64,000 nucleotides of DNA from Octopus vulgaris (Eukaryota): the NCBI GenBank assembly GCA_951406725.2, contig OX597817.1:147002001-147066000 (forward strand), read 5' to 3'. Below the pieces are notes generated by a model, which was not told the origin of the DNA, did not search any database, and worked only from the letters and a program-made list of their open reading frames with translations. Position 1 is the first letter of the stretch, and the number at the start of each line of letters is the position of its first letter. A program made the translations under genes and the position numbers. This document shows positions 55,545 to 64,000 of this stretch, one piece after another.

Positions 55545-55577
55545 TGTCGACCAGTTTCGCTTTCGCTAATCATGACA
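55545..55577 (-). ncRNA. Ultra-minimal hammerhead with A3-U8 core
   Basis: Minus: TGTC-ATGATTA-GC gaaa GC-GAAACTGGTC-GACA. Confidence 0.7.
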
Positions 55578-55949
55578 TTGAATTTATTGTAATTTCGTAT
55601 TTTCTTAAGAAGATCTTAGTCTATGTTGTGTGTGGAAGTTTGTAAGTTTGTGATTGAATCAGCAAGTAGAAAAATCTAAGGGTAGGTAATTGGTGATCGT
55701 TATTATTTAGGAGAGGAGAGGTAATTGCACATTTTGGAGAGGGGATAAATAAATATACAAAACCCCAAAAGTTTAAGTAGTGATATGAAATATGTACAGT
55801 GATGAGCATATGAGCATGAATTAAAATATATACTGGCATCAAAGTTGGTTATGCGTTCTTATTTAGGCGTGTTATGCATTTTTTGATAAATAAATTTTCT
55901 TTTTATTAAAAGGAATCTTTCTGTACTGTGGGAAACGGATCTGTTCCAG

Positions 55950-56400
55950 ACCATGACCATTTATGACATTCCGTGTATTGTCAAAACTGCATGGCCATTG
56001 ACTGCAATTCCGACGTACATTCTTAGTGGCTTTTCTTCAACAGGAATATGCCCTTTTAATCGCAACATTTTCACATACAACGACTTTGCACCAAGCTACG
56101 TCACTGACCGACCGGATCCTGCACTTTCAGCATCTGGGCGTTCAGAACCTGCAACACATGGGCCTTCAGCACCTGCAACACCTGGGCCTTCAGCACCTGC
56201 AAAACCTGGGCCTTCAGCACCTGCAACACCTGGGCCTTCAAGCAACATAGCCGCCAGGTATTTTCTTTCACCATTTCAAATCCTTCAACTACCGAAAGCT
56301 GGTCCTAGGAAAGAATCAACCAGAGGAAGAAAGAAACGTTGTTCTGAAATCCTCACTGACTCGCCGGTTAAAAGAGCATACTTGTGGCTATGGCGAAAGA
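55950..56400 (+). pseudogene. pogo/Tigger-like DDE transposase C-terminal fragment with a 24-bp tandem repeat
   Basis: TIYDIPCIVKTAW...ILSGFSSTGICPFNRNIF...DFAPSYVTDRP...LPKAGPR...GRKKRCSEILTDSP; (APATPGPS)n at about 56144-56240. Confidence 0.75.
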
Positions 56401-56621
56401 ATGTATCTGATGAACGCCTCTGAAAGGATTAGAGACAAACATTTTCCTCTCTGGTCAATCTCTCATCAACTTCTTCAAGTATCACCTTATAAGGAAAGTG
56501 AGAGTAGAGAGGCAAAAATAGATGGGTGAATGTAGCAAGGATGGCACGTATGAATGAGGAAGCCACCTTGAGCATAATTCTATGAACCCTCTGTTCAGCC
56601 CTGTGTAGCTAATAAAGAAAC

Positions 56622-57030
<409 letters not shown>

Positions 57031-57554
57031 CTAAGCAACCGGTTTCCACACAGTTCCGTCAACCAAATTCATTCGTAAGACATTGATTAACTCGGGGCTA
57101 AGCAGAAGACACTTTCACAAAGACTGAACCCGAAATCTCGTGGTTACAAAACACGCTTCATCACCACAGAGCCATGAATGCATATTTTTCGCAATATACA
57201 GAGTTCTCTTTCCACGCTACAAATTCTATTCTTATGTTCCTTGTCTTCCTTATTGATTCCCGCTAATATTAACAAGATATCAAAAGCAACACCAAATCAA
57301 CAATAAGAATGGTTTCTGATGTAGGCACCCGACCCGAAATTGTGAGGTGGGGGTTGGTGTTGGGGGGTTGGTCGATGCTTGATTGGTTCTATATTTTTGT
57401 TGACCTCGGAAGGATAAAAGCCAAAGTTGATCTTGGCGGTAATTGAACTCGGAGCATAAAGAACCGGAAGAAATAGCGCAAAAGCATTTTTCATGATGCT
57501 CTAACGATTCTGCCAATCCGCTGCTCTAACAACATAAACATCAATATTAATGAA

Positions 57555-57743
57555 CGTCACCACCACCACCACCACCGTCATCATCATCATCATCATCATC
57601 ATCGTCGTCGTCGTCGTCGTCGTCGTCGTCATCGTCATCATCATCATCATCATCGCCATCGTCATCGTCGTCGTCGTCGTCGTCGTCATCGTCATCATCA
57701 TCATCATCATCGTCAACCTCATCATCAATATCTATTATCATCA

Positions 57744-57803
<60 letters not shown>
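57555..57803. repeat. Compound (CAC)/(CAT)/(CGT)/(TAT) microsatellite
   Basis: Directly visible; explains the poly-D and poly-I ORFs. Confidence 0.95.
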
Positions 57804-57806
<3 letters not shown>

Positions 57807-58369
57807 TTGCAAACTTGAATCGGAAGCAATTCAGTAATTACATTTCAAAGTAAAAAGATAAAGAATGCGTTTACCTGAAGTTTATTTTTCTGTCAAATTT
57901 CTGCCGCGTACCAGTAATTAGAAAGACAAGGAGTAGACGCCAGATGAGAGAGAGACTTGGAAAAGAAAGATGGCAGAGAAAGGTTGATTACGTCATAACG
58001 TATAAAAGGACGTTCATTTTCTATTGACTTCTAGTAGCAAAGCCCCTTATTAAACTTCAGGAACTGCAAGTGACACGTAGATTCGCTGATCAATTGCATC
58101 GATCAATTCAGCCATCTTGTTCCAGCTTCTATAGAAAGAGTGGCCACCGCAAGAATGTCTGCTGCTAATGACACTGAAAAGAGACGCTATAATTATTTTT
58201 AGTTGTTCCGTCTTCTTGTCAACGGTCTCCTTACATTCGATTAGTCGTATGCAAATATTGGTAGGAGTCTTTGAATGTAGTCATGAGAAAAATGGTTCAT
58301 TTATCAAATGACCGTCGTTTTCTATTTTTCTTTTTTTTTTTTGTTTTTATTATTTTCTTTATCTTGTAG

Positions 58370-58481
58370 AGGAAAAGTTTTCAGCGAAGGAAAACTCTTA
58401 AGTTATGGAACTACAAAAGTGCATGAATGTTTAATAGAAGCGAAAGAGATTTCGTATCTGCTGAAAAAAGGCGATTTCATG
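58370..58481 (+). other. Candidate host exon (112 nt)
   Basis: Long U-rich tract plus TAG acceptor and ATG|GTAGGT donor; one open frame GKVFSEGKLLSYGTTKVHECLIEAKEISYLLKKGDFM, not recognised. Confidence 0.4.
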
Positions 58482-59069
58482 GTAGGTTAGCTAAAGTATT
58501 AGCATTTGAATTCGTGTCGCAAATGAAAAAAGTTAATTATATTCCACTCTACACGTGTTTTATTATGTTAGGTAGAGTACTAATGTCTATTCGATCCAAT
58601 GTTCAGCGCTGGAAATTTAAAACGTTTCCGTCGTGATAGATATCTGGTTTTAGAGATTAACGCCCCGAATAAGTAGATCGCTTCTCGAGTCACCCACCCA
58701 CTTCTGTTCTTCTTAATAACATAGAAAACACAAGTTTAAAAGAAAAACAGCTTATGATCCATTATGTTTCGAAATAAAAGAATGTATTTAATCAAAAGCT
58801 TAAATTAAATGAGAAGAATAGAAATTCTCAGTCTGGCAACGGAATTAAAGAAGCTGAATGCAAACTTGCTTCTAGCATCCATACATAAGACGTTTAACAA
58901 TACTCTTTGAGCTAAAACAGAGAAATATCTAATACTTTCGTGCTTCAGGTAGTAGAGGAAACAGACATAGTTGAACGCCAAGCTAAATACTTAATAGCAT
59001 AGGGTGTTCAATATAATTTGTTTAAACATGGTATTTAGTGGTTAACATAGTAGATCCTTTTCTTTCTAC

Positions 59070-59440
59070 TAGTTTGGAATATTTGACTCATTTACAGATT
59101 GTATCTTCATTGTGTCTTTTCTATAAGCATTTCCATCGTTGTTCTGATTAACTTTCTGCTCTAGTACTCTACCAAGACCTTTACATGTATCACACTCTTC
59201 TCTTCTCAGGTACATCGTTTCTCTGTTGAGCTTTCTGTTAGTCATAAGCCCTTTTATTCTAATAACTTCTTTCCTCAAAGTGCTGTTCTCTGGAACTGAC
59301 TACCATCGTCTTATTCCCCCCTGGTGTATGATATTTAATCCTTTAAGTCTTTTTGTCAGTCAACATCTTTTGAATTTGTAGGCCTCTTCTTTTCACTCTA
59401 TCTAGTCCCTTATAAAAGGTTGGCCTCAAGTCTAGTTTGG
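59070..59440 (-). pseudogene. Possible old R4/Dong-like RT remnant
   Basis: RETMYLRREE...KGL resembles the DRLY..R.EGGRGL motif; heavily decayed. Confidence 0.3.
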
Positions 59441-59569
59441 GACAAAATCGTAAATATAAATGTTGTGGGGGATCATTTTTAGCTTTCGTTATATCGGGGT
59501 CAATAAAATGATCACCTTTGGTCACAATTCAATTGAAAAAACGTCTATCGAAATCCAGGCTTTCCAAGA

Positions 59570-59755
59570 CTCCCCGCGATAGGTGAAAATCCGCGAAGTA
59601 GAAACAGTGCTGTATTGCATATTTTTTAAATTTATTTTTATAATTTGTATATATCTATTTTATTATAAACGCATAGCAACACCACGGAGGAATTGACGTA
59701 AATTTAAATAATAAACCGCGATAGGTGAGCCGCGATATGGCGAGAGATTACTGTA
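59570..59755. mobile_element. Tigger/pogo-type MITE end
   Basis: Repeated CCGCGATAGGTG subterminal motifs ending CGCGATATGGCGAGAGATTACTG-TA. Confidence 0.65.
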
Positions 59756-59979
59756 GTGTTATTAGGGAGTAAACTTGCAATACGGCTTCAACTAACGATT
59801 TACTGTTTATTCAATGATCTACTGTTCTGTGTTACAGAATTCCTTAAAATATAAGGCTTTCTATCTCAACAAAATAAGTAAAATTATATAAAGGCGAATA
59901 ATAATTTAGGTATTTTGTTATAACAAATAAAGTGTCTCTCTCCTATATTTTTGTAACAAGAGTCCAACTTGTCCAATAC

Positions 59980-60410
59980 TAATTTCAAATTTTGGCTCGA
60001 GGACAAGTTTGGAGTAGTGGAGAAGTCGAGTACATTGACCCCAGTGCTCAACTGGTACTTATTTTGTCGACCCCGGGAGGATAAAATGTGAAGCTGACCA
60101 CGACAAAATTTGAACTCCCAATATAAAAACAGGAGAAATGTCGCTAAGCATTTCGCCCAGCGTGCTAACGTTTCTTGTTTCTTATTTCTATATTGCCCAC
60201 AAGGAGCTAAACATAGAGGGGACAAACAAGGACAAAGGGATTAAGTCGATTACATCGACCCCAGTCCGTAACTGGTACTTTATTTATCGACCCTGAAAGG
60301 ATGAAAGGCAAAGTCGACCTCGGCGGAATTTGAACTCAGAATGTAACGGCCGACGAAATACCGCTAAGCATTTCGTCCAGCGTGCTAACGTTTCTGCCAG
60401 TTCGTCACCT
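59980..60410 (-). mobile_element. SINE family C dimer
   Basis: Reverse-oriented units. Confidence 0.8.
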
Positions 60411-60821
60411 TTCACCTTCTGTAACATTCGTAATAGTATGAGTGATGATAGGCAAGCACTTGCCATGCTGTTTTTAACGTACCTGCTTTGATTATGGAAT
60501 TTGGTTTTAGAAGATTGAGCTAATTAATTAACCATTCATCATCAAACGTATCCATCATGATTGAGACACAAATGAGATCCAATTTCTCTTCTGCAGTACC
60601 CACGACAAGAATTGAAGTTTTTGCAAACGAATTTAAATGTTAAAAGAAAGAAAACTATTATCAATAGCCATAACAATCACCATTCATGTTATTTACTAAT
60701 AGTAAAAATATTGCAACTATGAAACAAATTGGAGTAGGGGGAGGGTCTGAGCTTGCACGACCAGCTTAAAAATATACATACATACAGACAGACAGACAGA
60801 CTGATAGATGCATAGAACTGT

Positions 60822-61240
60822 GAGGCGGCGATCTGGCAGAAACGTTAGAACGCCGGGCGAAATGCTTAGCAGTATTTCGTCTGCCGTTACGTTCTGAGTT
60901 CAAATTCCGCCGAGGTCGAATTAGCCTTTCATCCTTTCGGGGTCGATAAATTAAGTACCAGTTACGCACTGGGGTCGATCTAATCGACTTAATCCGTTTG
61001 TCTGTCCTTGTTTGTCCTCTCTGTGTTTAGTCCCTTGTGGGTAGTAAAGAAATAGGTATGCCGTCTGTCTTTTCGTTCTGAGTTTAAATTCCGCTGAGTC
61101 GACTTTGCCTTTCATCCTTTCGGGGTCGATTAAATAAGTACCAGTTACGCAATGGGGTCGATATAATCGACTTAATCCGTTTGTCTGTCCTTGTTTGTCC
61201 CCTCTGTGTTTAGCCCCTTGTGGGCAGTAAAGAAATAAGA
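60822..61240 (+). mobile_element. SINE family C dimer
   Basis: Head plus two units. Confidence 0.85.
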
Positions 61241-61269
61241 TATATAGATATGTATGTATATATGTATAT

Positions 61270-61470
61270 ATTTCTTTATTGCCCAAAGGGATTTAAACAC
61301 GGAGTCGATTACATGGATCTCAGTGCGTAACTGGTACTTATTTAATCGATCCCGAAAAGATGAGAAGCAAAGTCGACTGCAGCGGAATTTGAACGCAGAA
61401 CGTAGCGGCAGACGAAATACCGCTAAGCATTTCGCCCGGCCTGCTAACGATTCTGCCAGCTTACTGCCCT
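61270..61470 (-). mobile_element. SINE family C monomer, inverted relative to its neighbour
   Basis: Reverse complement of the 60822 head and unit. Confidence 0.8.
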
Positions 61471-61483
61471 TTTATGCATGTAT

Positions 61484-61668
61484 AGGCGTGGCTGTGTGGT
61501 AAGAATAGGCGCAGGTGTGACTGAGTGGTAAGAAGCTTGGTTCCCAACCACATGGTTCCGGGTTCAGTCCCACTGCGTGGCACCTTGGGCAAGTATCTTC
61601 ACTATAGCTTCGGGCCGACCAAGGCCTTGTGAATGGATTTGGTAGACAGAAACTGAAAGAAGCCCGTC

Positions 61669-61746
<78 letters not shown>

Positions 61747-61995
61747 GTGTGTATGTGTGTGTGTGTGTATTTATGAGTGTGTGTCTTTGTGTTTGTATTT
61801 GTCTCCCTACCATCGCTTGGCAACCGATACTGGTGTATTTATTTCCCCTAAATGTAGCGGTTCGGCAAAAATGACCGATATAATAAGTTTTATGCTTACA
61901 AAGAATAAGTCCTGGAGTGAATTTCGTCGACTAAAAGCGGTGCTCCAGCATGCCCGAAGTCAAATGACTGAAACGTATAAAGGAGTAAAAGAGTA
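61484..61995 (+). mobile_element. SINE family B, full length with duplicated head start
   Basis: Complete head, internal microsatellite and tail. Confidence 0.85.
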
Positions 61996-63225
61996 AGACA
62001 GTATGTATGTATTTAATCATGTATGTGTCTTTATGTATGTACGTATGTATGCATGCATGCATGCATATATGAATTTATGCATGTATATATGTATGTCTCT
62101 ATGTATGTATGTATGTATGTATGCATGTATGCATGTATGTATGTATTTATGCATGTATGTGTGCATGTATGTGTGTATGTATTTATGCTTGCATGCATGC
62201 ATGTATGTATTTATGCATGTATGTATGTATGTATTTATGCATGCATGTATGTATGTATTTATGCATGTATGTGTGTATGTTTGTATGTATGTATGGGTGC
62301 AAACGTTTAGCGTTGACTGTCACCTAAAAGAGTACACGATACCATAACAGAGATGAATAATGGTTACAAATTTTGGTAGAAGGCCAGAAATTTTGGGAGC
62401 GGTATTAAGTCGATTGTATCGACCCCCAGTACTCAACTGACACTTATTTTATCGGTCCCCAAATGATGAAAGCAAGTCGACCTCGGTGGAATTGAACATT
62501 TTGCCCGACGTCCTAAAGGTTCTGTCAGTTAGCCGCCTTAGTAGAGAGGAATAGAAATTTTTATTTTTGGTCACTCATTTGCTACTTCGGTTTCGTTGTA
62601 ATTTGCATTTCTTGTTTGCTCTGAGCAGTGTGCAAGCATTGCAAACATGATTGTTTATAGAAGCAATACACGATGTTTGTATTAAGGTAGACTTACGGGT
62701 GTATGTTTTCAGTTGTGGTTTTATTAGACAACGTCTTGTAAGTAGATATGGTGGTTCAGCCATTTTTGTTTTGCTTTGTACTTAAACTTTGTGGGCAGAA
62801 AATAGAAATCGCTTGGCTCTTTTCTGCATTTATTTATCGCGTCACCGAAAAGCTTAATGATATATTTATTGAAACACGTCCGTGAGTTTACATTACATCG
62901 CACACTCTCAGAATCTTATTCACAGAAGTACCACAAACACATACACATGCATACATGCAAACACAAACGCGCACGCACACACACACATAGATCCAATTAA
63001 AGGTTAAATTAGCCTCATTAAGGGATGGTATCATCCAATGAATTACTAGCTTAATACCTAATATTTGTTGTAAATAATAATATTCATATAACAATAGGTT
63101 TATTTATAAACCGCGGTTTATGATCATTCAAAAGTAAGTAAAAAAGTGGAGATACAGCAATAAAGAGACTTCTGTGGTGATTCTAAAATGCAATACAAAA
63201 ACATAACGGTATATCTTTTTTCTAC

Positions 63226-63308
63226 CCCTCTGAAGAGATTTTGCCTAATAGAATGATTTTAATAATTGCTCTTTAATCTATGAGGCTTAATTGAAACAGC
63301 TGTAAGGG
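63226..63308 (+). ncRNA. Type I hammerhead ribozyme in a solo fragment
   Basis: CCCT-CTGAAGA-GATT tt GCCT...AGGC tt AATT-GAAACAGCTGTA-AGGG. Confidence 0.8.
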
Positions 63309-64000
63309 ACTAAGATAATACATTTTTGTATTAAGTAATATACCTCTATTTTCTTACTTCGCTTTTATTTATTGACATCAGTGTTTCTCAACTATTTTTT
63401 TTTTACCTATGAATCTTTTTGATTCGTATTTTATTCAGATGGAATCTCCTAGTCATTCGATGTTTTAAAACATCATTTATTTTTAAAATTAAATATTATT
63501 ATTATATTATTTTTGTATGTATGTAGGTGTGTATGTGTGTTTTATGTGTGTATTCTCATGTATATAGTTGCATCTCTAGACATGCTCATATACACTTAAA
63601 TGATAAACTTTTGGAAAGTTTTACATATTTTTACAGTTCCAGTGATGGATTGGATCTGTAGTCTTCGAATTAGCTTTCTCTTTTCTGGTTTTGAGAATCC
63701 CAATTTCTCAAGATTGGTATGTATGTATGTATGTATGTATGTATGTATGTATGTATGTATGTTACAAACTCCAGCCCCATGCGGTACAGAACTGCAAAAT
63801 ATTCATGTCAATCATTCCTTCTCTGATCACTTTCGTAACTATTTTCAGGAAAATACGTCCGGGTCGTCCTATTCTACTGGTTCCTTCTGGCTTCTAGTGT
63901 ACTGTCTTCCATAATTACCTAACTGGCTGTAATATCACCGAGTAGTTTATACATACACATATATACACCCACCCACGTTCTCATTAACACACATATACTC

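Overview
AT-rich, microsatellite-saturated eukaryotic non-coding DNA. The SINE and microsatellite repertoire looks like an Octopus (coleoid cephalopod) genome; this is recognition, not a database result. No host protein-coding gene can be supported, only a few exon-like segments, and nearly all listed ORFs are microsatellite or SINE artefacts. The real coding remnants are transposons: three Penelope-like elements (two Neptune-type, one with an uninterrupted RT-GIY-YIG frame, and one Naiad-type), CR1/L2-group and R4/Dong LINE fragments, and maT/Tc1-mariner and pogo transposase remnants. There are also Helitron/Helentron-type non-autonomous elements and dozens of copies of three SINE families. 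The strongest unexplained signal is a dense set (about a dozen by eye) of minimal type I hammerhead ribozyme motifs. Their catalytic-core 3-8 pair co-varies (C-G, U-A, A-U). Several occur as outward-facing inverted pairs next to microsatellites, and one belongs to a tRNA-headed, (AAT)n-linked, hammerhead-tailed SINE-like element that may be mobilised by Penelope RT. Also present are a tRNA-Gly/LINE chimera, a 40-nt 5' U2 snRNA fragment, and a perfect 137-bp inverted copy of a highly structured element. All coordinates were read by eye, and repeat boundaries are approximate.
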